Source: Slackia sp. (lineage in GTDB: Bacteria; Actinomycetota; Coriobacteriia; Anaerosomatales; Anaerosomataceae). Taken from it: a stretch of DNA of 64,000 nucleotides. This document shows, one piece after another, positions 55,900 to 64,000 of this stretch. A model generated the notes under the pieces. The model was not told where the DNA came from. It ran no database searches and saw nothing but the letters and a program-made list of their open reading frames with translations. The position numbers were made by a program, and so were the translations under genes. Within the stretch, counting starts at the first letter, position 1. Each line of letters starts with the position of its first letter. The stretch is from the NCBI GenBank assembly GCA_020725885.1, contig DYEA01000008.1, positions 72,119 to 136,118 of the forward strand, in the 5' to 3' direction.

Positions 55900-55947
55900 C
55901 GGCACGCCTCCACCTGTGAGGCGTTGACAATGCGAACAGATCCGTTC

Positions 55948-56123
55948 CGTTCGGTGCGGCTCCTGTCCGAACACAGGCCACTGCCCGGAAATGTCGAGAG
56001 ACGCCAATGGGTAGAACAGCCTTCCCCGGCTTAAGGGGACGGCTAAGGTGGCTGGGGTCAGGGACGAACGTCCCAGCGCAGACGCGCTCCCTACGTCGGA
56101 CAGTGCTCAAACCACAGACGAGG
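55948..56123 (+). ncRNA. M-box (ykoK leader) Mg2+-sensing riboswitch aptamer
   Basis: Blocks align to the B. subtilis mgtE M-box. GTTCGGTGCGGCTCCTGTCCGAACACAGG aligns with GTTAGGTGAGGCTCCTGTATGGAGATACG. CTGCCCGGAAATGTCGAGAGACGCCAATGGGTAGAACAG aligns with CTGCCCAAAAATGTCCAAAGACGCTAATGGGTCAACAG. ACAGTGCTCAAAC aligns with ACAGTGCTAAAGC. It lies upstream of a MgtE gene. Confidence 0.8.
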
Positions 56124-56162
56124 GAATGGATGGCGAGCGCGCACGCGCTCGCCGTTTCGGAG

Positions 56163-56204
56163 CCCCTCGTCGACCGTGCCGGCGGAGGGGCTTTCGTATT
56201 GTCG
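56163..56204 (+). terminator. Candidate riboswitch expression-platform terminator hairpin
   Basis: gcccctc...gaggggc stem followed by tttcgtattgtc. A second perfect 10-bp hairpin ggcgagcgcg-cacg-cgcgctcgcc at 56131-56154 could be the competing structure. Confidence 0.45.
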
Positions 56205-56331
56205 GGACCTGTCGTCGAGCGAAAAGGACCTCTGTGAGACCGTTCAGTCGGTAGGTCCCGGCTCCCGCCTGCCGGGGGTGCGGGACCCGTGAGCAGGCCT
56301 CCTGGCGCGCGCCTGGAGGAAGGGAGCGACC

Positions 56332-58170
56332 GTGTTCTACTTGACCCGCATGCTGGGCAAGCCGGTGGTCGACGCTGCCGGCGAGACCATCGGACGCATC
56401 AGCGACATCGCCGTGGCCACGGGCGAGGTGTTCCCGCGCGTGACCTCGCTGGCGTTCCTCGGGCCGGGCAAGACGCCCTTCATGCTGTCCTGGCGCAAGT
56501 ACGTCGAGTCCATCGACGACGAGAAGGTCGTGCTGAACGCCACGAAGGACGCTCTGCGGTTCAGCTACCTGCAGCCGGACGAGATCCTTCTCGCCCGCGA
56601 CCTGTTGAACAAGCAGATCGTCGACACGCAAGGCATGAAGGTCGTGCGGGTGAACGACCTCAAGCTCTCCGAGTCCCGCAACCAGCTCCGGCTGCTGGGC
56701 GCCGAGGTCGGCATCCGCGGGATCCTTCGCGGCCTGCATCCCGCGCTCGAGACGTTCGCCGAGCGCGTAGCCCGGCTGTTCGGCAAGACGCTTCCCGAGA
56801 ACATCATCGCCTGGAACTACATGGACCTCCTCGAGCGCGACCTGTCGCAGGTCAAGCTCTCCGTCACCCACAAGCGCCTGCACGAGCTGCACCCCGCCGA
56901 CATCGCCGACGTCCTCGAGCAGCTGACGCCGGCCCAGCGCGCGAAAGTCTTCGAGCACCTCGACAACGCGCAGGCGGCGGAGACGATCTCCGAGCTCGAG
57001 GACGCATTCCAGGCGGAGGTCATCGGCGACCTCGGCACGCAGCGCGCCTCCGACATCCTCGAGATCATGGACCCGGACGACGCCGCCGACATCATCGGCG
57101 ACCTACCGTACGACAAGGCCGAAGCGCTGCTGCGTCTGATGGGCGTCAACGAGGCGCGGGCGATCAGGTCGCTCCTCGGCTATCGGGAGAAGACGGCCGG
57201 CGGCATCATGACGCCGGAGGTCACCTGCGTCACCGAGGACATGACCGTCGGCGAAGTCATCGAGCACATCCGCAAAGAAGCGTCCGAGAACGAGAGCCTG
57301 TACTACATCTACGTGGTCGACGCCGACGGCCGCCTCGAAGGGGTCGTGTCGTTGCGCGACCTGGTGCTGTCCGAGCCCGACACGAAGGTCGCCGACATCG
57401 TGACCCGCGACGTGATCACGGCAGACGTGGACGACGACCAGGAGACGGTCGCCGAGACGATGTCGAAGTACGACCTGCTCGCGCTTCCTGTCGTGGACGA
57501 GACTGGCAAGCTGCTCGGCATCGTCACCGTCGACGACGCGCTGGAGGTCCTCGAGGAGGAGTCCGCCGAGGACCTGGAGCTCGCCACCGGCGCCTCGCGC
57601 GAGCACGGCCCGCTCGCGACGGCATGGTGGCTCATCGTCCGGCGCAACGCTTGGGTGGCGCTGTGGGCCGTCGCCCTCCTCGCGGCAGCAGCGGTCGCGA
57701 GGAGCGGCGAGGCGTGTTCGCGTCTCCCGGCAGCCTGCGACTTCCTGGTCGCGGCGGCGGTGCTGCTGCCGATCGTCTTGCGGGCGGCCGACGAGGTGTC
57801 GTCGCGCACGATCACGGAGCTCATCGACACCACGCCCGGCGGCGAGCGCCCGTCGTTCGCCCGGCGGCTCATCCGTGAAAGCGGCATCGGCGCTGCAGTC
57901 GCCCTGACGGCCGCCGCAGTCGCATTCTTGTGGGTCGAAGCGGGCGGCACCGCGACGGGCGCGCCTGCGGCCTTGTTCGCGCTCGTCTCTGCGCTCGCCG
58001 TGCTCGTGACCGTCTTCGCGGGCAGCGCCCTCGGCGAGGCCGCCCTGCGGGCGAGCGACGCCGGCAAGACCCCGCCGAGCGCGCTCCTGTCGTTCGCGGC
58101 GATGCTTGTCGGGAGCGTCGCGTACCTGGGTCTCGCGTACGCCCTCGGGGCGTGGATCGAGCTGGGGTAG
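56332..58170 (+). CDS. mgtE: Magnesium transporter MgtE with an N-terminal PRC-barrel domain (PRC - MgtE_N - CBS pair - TM domain)
   Basis: GTG start follows GGAGGAAGGGAG. The first ~160 aa (MLGKPVVDAAGETIGRISDIAVA...) are PRC-barrel-like. Then come the MgtE N-domain, two CBS domains (GGIMTPEVTCV..., DVITADVDDD...) and a TM region. Confidence 0.8.
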   Translation: MFYLTRMLGKPVVDAAGETIGRISDIAVATGEVFPRVTSLAFLGPGKTPFMLSWRKYVESIDDEKVVLNATKDALRFSYLQPDEILLARDLLNKQIVDTQGMKVVRVNDLKLSESRNQLRLLGAEVGIRGILRGLHPALETFAERVARLFGKTLPENIIAWNYMDLLERDLSQVKLSVTHKRLHELHPADIADVLEQLTPAQRAKVFEHLDNAQAAETISELEDAFQAEVIGDLGTQRASDILEIMDPDDAADIIGDLPYDKAEALLRLMGVNEARAIRSLLGYREKTAGGIMTPEVTCVTEDMTVGEVIEHIRKEASENESLYYIYVVDADGRLEGVVSLRDLVLSEPDTKVADIVTRDVITADVDDDQETVAETMSKYDLLALPVVDETGKLLGIVTVDDALEVLEEESAEDLELATGASREHGPLATAWWLIVRRNAWVALWAVALLAAAAVARSGEACSRLPAACDFLVAAAVLLPIVLRAADEVSSRTITELIDTTPGGERPSFARRLIRESGIGAAVALTAAAVAFLWVEAGGTATGAPAALFALVSALAVLVTVFAGSALGEAALRASDAGKTPPSALLSFAAMLVGSVAYLGLAYALGAWIELG

Positions 58171-58173
58171 CCG

Positions 58174-59421
58174 GTGGCGCGCACCGAAGCCAAGAAGCGC
58201 GTCGGCCTCTTGGCCGTCCTGAGCGTCATCGGCCCGGGTATCATCGCCGCCTCGGCCGGCAACGACTCCGGCGGCATCTCGACGTACTCCGTCGCGGGCG
58301 CGCGGTACGGCTACGCCATGCTGTGGATGATGCTCGCCATGACGCCATCATTCGCGATCGTCCAGGAGATGGCCGGCCGCATGGGCGCGGTCACCGGCAA
58401 GGGCTTTGCCGCGCTCATCCGCGAGCGGTTCGGGCTGCGGCCGACCTTCGTCGCGATGATGCTGTTGCTCACGAGCAACGCCGCCACGACGGTGGCGGAG
58501 TTCGCGGGCATCGCAGCGGCGATGGAGCTGTTCGGCGTCTCGCGGCTCGTCTCGGTGCCCGTCGCCGCGCTCGCGGTGTGGATGCTCGTCACGCGCGGAT
58601 CGTACCGCCGAGTCGAGAAGGTGCTGCTCGCGCTGTCGTCGGTGTTCGTTGCGTACATCGTGGCGGCGTTCCTCGCCAGGCCTGACTGGGGCGTCGTCGC
58701 GACGAGCTTCGTGACGCCCCGAATCGTGCCCACGCAGGCGTTCCTCGCGCTCGCCATCGGCCTGACGGGCACGACGATCGCCCCATGGATGCAGTTCCTC
58801 GTCCAGAGCAACATCGTCGACAAGGGCATCAGCGTGAAGGAGTGGGCGCTCGCGCGGTGGGACGTCATCGTCGGGGCGCTTTCGGCCAACGTCGTGGCGT
58901 GCTTCATCATCATCACCACCGGGACCGTCCTGCACCCCGCGGGCATCCGGATCGAGGACGCCGGCGAAGCGGCGCGCGCCCTTGCGCCGCTCGCGGGACA
59001 GCACGCCGAGCTGCTGTTCTCGGTCGGCCTGCTCTCCGCATCGGTGCTCTCAGCCGCAGTGCTGCCGCTCACCGCGTCGTACGCGATCTGCGAAGCGTTC
59101 GGGTGGGAAGCGGGACTGGACCGCTCGTGGAGCGAGGCGCCGGCCTTCAACGGCCTGTATACCTTCGTCATCTTCGCGGCGGCCGCGTACATCTTGGTGC
59201 CCGGCCTCGACCTCATCGCGATCATGCTGGTCTCGCAGGTCGTGAACGGCATGATGCTGCCGTTCCTGCTCATCTTCATGATGGTCATCGTCAACGACCG
59301 GCGCATCATGGGCCGGCACGTGAACAGCCCCCTCAACAACGCGCTTGCTTGGACGACCATCGTCGTCGTCATCACGCTCACCGTGGTGCTGCTCGGCATG
59401 ACCGCAGCCGGCATCGGATGA
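58174..59421 (+). CDS. mntH: NRAMP-family divalent metal (Mn2+/Fe2+) transporter
   Basis: GPGIIAASAGNDSGGISTYS is the Nramp N-terminal signature. 11 TM helices, including MPH-like TM6. Confidence 0.9.
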   Translation: MARTEAKKRVGLLAVLSVIGPGIIAASAGNDSGGISTYSVAGARYGYAMLWMMLAMTPSFAIVQEMAGRMGAVTGKGFAALIRERFGLRPTFVAMMLLLTSNAATTVAEFAGIAAAMELFGVSRLVSVPVAALAVWMLVTRGSYRRVEKVLLALSSVFVAYIVAAFLARPDWGVVATSFVTPRIVPTQAFLALAIGLTGTTIAPWMQFLVQSNIVDKGISVKEWALARWDVIVGALSANVVACFIIITTGTVLHPAGIRIEDAGEAARALAPLAGQHAELLFSVGLLSASVLSAAVLPLTASYAICEAFGWEAGLDRSWSEAPAFNGLYTFVIFAAAAYILVPGLDLIAIMLVSQVVNGMMLPFLLIFMMVIVNDRRIMGRHVNSPLNNALAWTTIVVVITLTVVLLGMTAAGIG

Positions 59422-59472
59422 ACGCGTGCCCCGTGGAGGTGCTAGCATGGAGCGCATGAGGGGGCACCGACC

Positions 59473-60081
59473 GTGAGCGACGAGTCGCTCGCACGCGCCA
59501 AGTCCGTCCTGCGGCTCCGCGGCAGGGCCGCCAGGCGCGCTATCACGCCTGAGCAGCGCGCTGCGGCCGCGCAGGCGATCGCAGCCTCCGTGCTAGCGCT
59601 GCCGGAGATGACGACGGCAAGGGTCGTGGCCGCCTACGGCGCCATGCCGGAGGAGGTCGACGCGCAGCCGCTGATCGAGTCGCTGTGGGACCTGGGGGCC
59701 CGGGTGGCCCTGCCCCGCGTCGCGTCAGCGACTGAGGTCGTCCTGCACGAGCATCGCCGCGGCGACCCGCTGTGCACCGGCCCGTACGGGCTCAAGGCGC
59801 CGTGCCCTGAGGCGCCGCTCGTTCCAGTCGAAGAGGTGGACGTGTTCGTGGCCCCAGGAGTCGCCTTCGACCTCGCCTGCAACCGTCTGGGCATGGGCGG
59901 AGGATACTACGACCGCCTCCTGGCGAAGGCCCGCGAAGACGCCGTCGTCATCGGTCTTGCGTACGACGAGCAGATCGTCGTCTCCGTTCCCTGCACAGAG
60001 CACGACCGGCCGGTGGACGTCCTCGTGACGCCGCGAGGCGTATACCGCAGAAAGGCCAGGGGCGTCACCACGAGGCCTTGA
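59473..60081 (+). CDS. 5-formyltetrahydrofolate cyclo-ligase
   Basis: GMGGGYYDR signature and LPR... motif. GTG start. Confidence 0.85.
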   Translation: MSDESLARAKSVLRLRGRAARRAITPEQRAAAAQAIAASVLALPEMTTARVVAAYGAMPEEVDAQPLIESLWDLGARVALPRVASATEVVLHEHRRGDPLCTGPYGLKAPCPEAPLVPVEEVDVFVAPGVAFDLACNRLGMGGGYYDRLLAKAREDAVVIGLAYDEQIVVSVPCTEHDRPVDVLVTPRGVYRRKARGVTTRP

Positions 60082-61189
60082 CGGAGCCCAGCCGCGAGAG
60101 GGGGACGAACTCGTACCCTCGGGCGCGCAGCTTCCTGATGATCCCTGGCAGCGCGGCGATCGTCTGGCTGCGGTCTCCCCCGCCGTCGTGCAGCAAGATC
60201 ACGGCTCCGGGCTTGACCGCTCGCACGACTTCGGCCTCGATCTGCGCAGCGGTCTTCCCGCGCTGCCAGTCTTGCGGGTCGACGGTCCACAGCACGACCC
60301 GCAGGCGCTGGCTCGCGGCCGCCCGGTACGCGTCGGCATCGATCGCCCCACCGGGCGGACGCAACCACCGCGGCTCGATCCCGCTCGCCGAGCGGATAGC
60401 GCGGCTGGTCCCAGCGATCTCGCGAGCAAGCCGCTCGCCGTCGGTCGAAGCGAGGTCGACGTGGTGGTAGGTGTGGTTGCCCACGGCGTGACCCGCCTGC
60501 ACCACGCGGCGCACGATCTCCGGGTGCGCTTTGACCTGCTTGCCGATGAAGAAGAATGTCGCCGGCACTCCTTCTGAGGCGAGCGCCTTCAAAACGGCGT
60601 CGGTCTGCCGCGGCCACGGCCCGTCGTCGAACGTGAGCGCGACCTTCTTCCTGCGCTCGTCGATCGTCCGTTTGAGGACCATCGGCTCTGCCGGCCTGAC
60701 CGTCTCGCTCGCGACGACGTCTCCGGACAGCGCGCCGACGACGACGCGGCTGAGCCCCGGTACGCCCGGCTCCGCCAGCGTCACCAGCGCTCCGGTGCCG
60801 ACGATCTTCGTCGGTATCGGGATCGCCTCCAGCCGCTCCGTCGTCGCCTCGACGACGTCGCGTCCGCGGACGAGCGCGATCTCGTCGCCCGCGCGGACGA
60901 CCTCGCTGACCCGAACCGGCCTCCCGCCTCGTCGCACGGCCGGCGGTGCGCCACCGCCCGGGACGAGCACGCGGCCGTCGCTCGCAGCGAGCAAGTCGCC
61001 GCGAGCCTCATCGAGGCGCTCCCCGACCGCGTCTGCGACCGTCGCTCCCGGGTGCACGACGACGCGCGCGCCGTCAACGGAGACCGGCACGGAGGCGAAC
61101 GCCGCATGCGCGATCGACGCGAAGATGGCCACGACAAGCCCGGCGACGCCGCGCGACGCCGCGCGAGGTATGTACCGGCGAGAAACCAC
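60065..61189 (-). CDS. Polysaccharide deacetylase (NodB-homology, peptidoglycan/chitooligosaccharide deacetylase-like) with an N-terminal signal/TM and a middle domain
   Basis: TFDDGP, HTYHH and LLHDGGGDR NodB motifs. The 3' end overlaps the 5-FCL gene convergently by 17 nt. Confidence 0.85.
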   Translation of the reverse strand: MVSRRYIPRAASRGVAGLVVAIFASIAHAAFASVPVSVDGARVVVHPGATVADAVGERLDEARGDLLAASDGRVLVPGGGAPPAVRRGGRPVRVSEVVRAGDEIALVRGRDVVEATTERLEAIPIPTKIVGTGALVTLAEPGVPGLSRVVVGALSGDVVASETVRPAEPMVLKRTIDERRKKVALTFDDGPWPRQTDAVLKALASEGVPATFFFIGKQVKAHPEIVRRVVQAGHAVGNHTYHHVDLASTDGERLAREIAGTSRAIRSASGIEPRWLRPPGGAIDADAYRAAASQRLRVVLWTVDPQDWQRGKTAAQIEAEVVRAVKPGAVILLHDGGGDRSQTIAALPGIIRKLRARGYEFVPLSRLGSVKASW

Positions 61190-61198
61190 GAGGCGATA

Positions 61199-61729
61199 CT
61201 ATGACGCGATGGCGCACACGCGTCCACCCGTGAGCTCGACCAGCCGCTCGCGTGACATCCTCACCATCGAGTCCGGCGTCCCGCCCGCGGGATACACCAC
61301 CTCGTACCGCAGCAGCGACTCGTCGACGAGCACCGGGAGGTCTTCCGGGAGGTCGAAGGGGCACACGCCCCCGATCGCATACCCGGTCGCGGCGCGCACG
61401 GTCTCGGCGTCCGCCAGCTCCGCGCGCGCGGCGCCCATCTCTCGCGCGATCGCCTCGGCATCGCCACGCCGGTCGCCCGCGACGAGCGCCACCACGGGCC
61501 GGACGCCGTCTATGACGAACACGAGCGACTTGACGATCTGCCCGAGCTCGCAGCCCATGGCGTCCGCAGCCATCTGAGCGGTCTTCGTCGACTGCTCGAA
61601 CACCACGAGCCCGTCCGCCAGACCGTGAGCTTCAAGGAATGCACGGACCCGGTCTGCGGACCGCGTCTTCCGGCCGTTCGTCTGTGCGCCAGCCTGAGCC
61701 ATGCCGTCGAGCGCCTCCTCTTCAGTCAA
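61199..61729 (-). CDS. ybaK: YbaK/ProX-type aminoacyl-tRNA deacylase
   Basis: VKSLVFV...GGVCPF...YPAGG motifs. Alternative start at M10 (61702) with a GAGGAGG RBS. Confidence 0.8.
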   Translation of the reverse strand: MTEEEALDGMAQAGAQTNGRKTRSADRVRAFLEAHGLADGLVVFEQSTKTAQMAADAMGCELGQIVKSLVFVIDGVRPVVALVAGDRRGDAEAIAREMGAARAELADAETVRAATGYAIGGVCPFDLPEDLPVLVDESLLRYEVVYPAGGTPDSMVRMSRERLVELTGGRVCAIAS

Positions 61730-61734
61730 GCCTG

Positions 61735-62364
61735 TCAGCGCAGCGTCGGAACCGGGCGGCGTTCAGGCACGCGGAGCGGGATCCGCAGCGCCTCCAGAGC
61801 CGCTTCGAGATTCTCGGTCCACGCCGCGAGCGACTTCAATTCCAGCTGCATGAGCGGCACCTCCGGATGCGGCCGAGCCGCCGTGAACCCCATCCGGACC
61901 AAGAAGTCCACGCCGACGACCGGCGACGTCGCGTAGTCGACGGAGCCCGCGGCTCCATAGGCCTGCACCACGCGCTCCCCGCGCTGCACCAAGTCGCGCA
62001 GCGCCGCTTGGAACAGCACCTTGCCGAGGCCGCGCTGGCGGGCCTCGGGGACGATGTGCATGCAGCAGACGAGCACCGCGCCCGGATCGGGCGGGCCCGC
62101 CGGCATGTTCTGCGCCTGCGGCACCGCGCTCGCGGGGGCGTACTTCACGAAGCCGAGCGGCACCCCGTCGTCGACGACGATGCGGCCGCAGCTTCCCCAA
62201 CGCTCCTCGACGGCGCGCATCCACGAACGGGCTCGCTCGCCGTCGCAGGCCGCGCCGCACGCAAGCGGCAGCGGCTCGGGGCTTTCCCAGAACGCGCAGG
62301 CCGCGCAAGGCCCCGGCATGAGCTCCGTGACGCTCGCATCCAACGCGCGGAACCGTCTTGCCAT
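61735..62364 (-). CDS. GNAT-family acetyltransferase
   Basis: RQRGLGKVLFQAAL acetyl-CoA-binding motif. N-terminal Cys-rich segment. Confidence 0.65.
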   Translation of the reverse strand: MARRFRALDASVTELMPGPCAACAFWESPEPLPLACGAACDGERARSWMRAVEERWGSCGRIVVDDGVPLGFVKYAPASAVPQAQNMPAGPPDPGAVLVCCMHIVPEARQRGLGKVLFQAALRDLVQRGERVVQAYGAAGSVDYATSPVVGVDFLVRMGFTAARPHPEVPLMQLELKSLAAWTENLEAALEALRIPLRVPERRPVPTLR

Positions 62365-62365
62365 C

Positions 62366-63067
62366 TCAGTCCTGCTCGTCCTCCCGCATCGCCTCGGACA
62401 CGGCCTTCTTCACTGCGTCGAGCATCCGCCGGCCTTTCCCGTGCTTCATCGAGCGAGCGACGCCGGCCGCAGCGGACATGCCCGCATCATACGCCCGCTT
62501 CGCCGCGACGGCACCCTTCTCCTTGAGCACCGTCACGCCGGCAGCGGCGGCCTTCGCGGCCCCGCCTTCCGCGCGAAGGTCCGAGTACTCGCAGCCCAAG
62601 CGGACGGCGCCGTCCCGGTACCCGGTCACTACTGCTGCGGGCGCCGTGAGCTTCCCGACCGCAGCGTCGCCGAGGACGCCCGTGCTGATCTGGACAGACT
62701 CCACGGCGCCCGTGCTCCACTCGAACACGACGTCGGACACGCTGCCGAAGACGCTCCCGGACGCTCCCGCGACGGGCATGCCGCGCCACTGCACCGTCTC
62801 GTCCCACGAACAGCCGATTACGCGCTCCGAGGAAGCGAGGCTCGGGAGCCGGCGTCCGGCGAACGCCACGGTTCCGGAGCCAGGCCGGCACATCGCGAGC
62901 GGCACGTACCGTTCCTGGCGCTGGATCACGCCGCCGATGCGCGGAAGACGCACCGAGAACCCCACGACACGGGGTTCGACCGGATGGAACAGCACCTCGG
63001 CGATGGTCCCGAGGTGCCGGCCGTCCGCTCCGGCCAGCGGCACGTCAGCCAGCGAGCTCGCCCGCAA
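62366..63067 (-). CDS. PRC-barrel domain protein (two PRC-like repeats)
   Basis: ADGRHLGTIAEVLFHPVEPRVVGFSV and SGSVFGSVSDVVFEWSTGAVESVQIS resemble PRC-barrel repeats. Confidence 0.6.
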   Translation of the reverse strand: MRASSLADVPLAGADGRHLGTIAEVLFHPVEPRVVGFSVRLPRIGGVIQRQERYVPLAMCRPGSGTVAFAGRRLPSLASSERVIGCSWDETVQWRGMPVAGASGSVFGSVSDVVFEWSTGAVESVQISTGVLGDAAVGKLTAPAAVVTGYRDGAVRLGCEYSDLRAEGGAAKAAAAGVTVLKEKGAVAAKRAYDAGMSAAAGVARSMKHGKGRRMLDAVKKAVSEAMREDEQD

Positions 63068-63142
63068 CTGTCAGCACCTCCTCGCGGAAAGGCCGGCCGC
63101 GGATGCGACCGGCCTCGCGCGCTCGACGAGGGCGCAACGGCG

Positions 63143-63637
63143 TCAGCTCAGAGCTGGAGCGTCCTCGCCTGGGGCCTCCGGCGCGCCCGGGGCCTCGGCG
63201 GCCTTCTCGGCCACCAGGTCCAGCAGCTCCTCCGCCTTGGCCTCAGCGGTCTCGACGCCCGACTTCACCGCGTGCCCGACCTTGTGCACGGTCTCCTTCG
63301 CCGACGGGACGACCTCGACGACCTTCTCCTTGGCCTCCTTCGAGACCGTCTCGACCTGCTCGCGCAGACGCGAGCGCGCGGCCTCGAGGCGCTCCTTCAG
63401 CTCCTCGCTCGTCTCGGTCGCCTTCTCCTTGCTGGCGGTGTAGACCTCGGTCGCCTTCTCCTTGCCGGCCTCGTACAGCTCAAGCCCCTCGCCCCAGTAC
63501 TCCTTGGCCTTCTCGGCGATGAACTCCCTGTTCTCCTTGCCTGACTTGGGAGCGAACAGCAGTCCGAGCACCGCACCGACGATCCCGCCGAGCAGGAACG
63601 CGCCGAGGATGCTTTCACCTCTGCGGTAGTCGTACAT
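63143..63637 (-). CDS. YtxH-domain (DUF948) general-stress-like protein
   Basis: ATG (M22 of the track ORF) has GGAGGTGG upstream. An N-terminal TM (ILGAFLLGGIVGAVLGLLFAPKSGKE) is followed by a Lys/Glu-rich coiled coil. Confidence 0.75.
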   Translation of the reverse strand: MYDYRRGESILGAFLLGGIVGAVLGLLFAPKSGKENREFIAEKAKEYWGEGLELYEAGKEKATEVYTASKEKATETSEELKERLEAARSRLREQVETVSKEAKEKVVEVVPSAKETVHKVGHAVKSGVETAEAKAEELLDLVAEKAAEAPGAPEAPGEDAPALS

Positions 63638-63696
63638 CGTGGCCACCTCCGGGAGCCGTAGGACTCGCACACAGAACCGTACAGGGACTATACCCA

Positions 63697-64000
63697 TCAC
63701 TCTACCGCATCGAGCGCCATCCGGACGAGGCGTTCAACCAAGTCCTGGAATCCGATGCCGACGGCTTCGGCAGCCATCGGCAGCAGCGACGTCTCGGTCA
63801 TACCGGGCGAGGTGTTGCACTCCAGCACGTACGGGTCGCCATCGACGTCGACGACCATGTCGACCCTGCTCACGTGCCGGCAGCCCAGCAGCTCGTGGAC
63901 CGAGCGCGCGAGGCCCTGCACCGCACGGAGCACGTCGTCTGGAAGCCGTGCGGGCACGTAGTAGTCCGTCTCGCCGGGCGTGTACATCGCCGAGAAGTCG
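63697..64000 (-). CDS. ddl: D-alanine--D-alanine ligase, C-terminal end only; the gene continues beyond the window
   Basis: ...PYVLECNTSPGMTETSLLP is the Ddl C-terminal signature. The frame stays open to the window edge. Confidence 0.85.
   Translation of the reverse strand, partial: DFSAMYTPGETDYYVPARLPDDVLRAVQGLARSVHELLGCRHVSRVDMVVDVDGDPYVLECNTSPGMTETSLLPMAAEAVGIGFQDLVERLVRMALDAVE

Overview
This is a GC-rich (~68-70%) chromosomal segment with about 65 densely packed genes and Gram-positive signatures. Several patterns suggest an actinobacterial or Coriobacteriia-like anaerobe. These include an LPXTG sortase anchor, CWB2 wall-binding repeats, a PASTA-domain PknB, the fhaA-fhaB-pstP-rodA-pbpA-pknB division cluster, larB/larC, a double-cubane-cluster dehydratase-like gene with its activase, and multiheme cytochromes c. 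Five tRNAs are present: Ser(TGA) 3' partial, Ser(GCT), Arg(ACG), Leu(CAG) and Arg(CCT). An M-box Mg2+ riboswitch sits upstream of a PRC-barrel-MgtE gene.

The items I consider most noteworthy are:
1. A low-GC (~50%), about 3 kb island (c. 21.7-24.8 kb) inserted at the 3' end of larC. It carries a three-gene operon: a DGQHR/DndB-like protein, a small PD-(D/E)xK nuclease-like protein, and a Dam-family N6-adenine methyltransferase. No integrase is present. It looks like an uncharacterised DGQHR-associated restriction-modification or defence module.
2. Three paralogous secreted hepta/octa-heme c-type cytochromes, two of them directly downstream of a PAS hybrid histidine kinase and three stand-alone CheY-like receivers.
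3. Single-ORF fusions of G6PD+6PGDH (zwf-gnd) and of RodA+PbpA (SEDS plus class-B PBP).
4. A PEGA/beta-propeller gene interrupted by a 1-nt frameshift in a GC run.
5. A low-GC HNH endonuclease between serS and pheA.

Many long Arg/Ala-rich antisense ORFs in the six-frame track are GC-content artefacts and were rejected.
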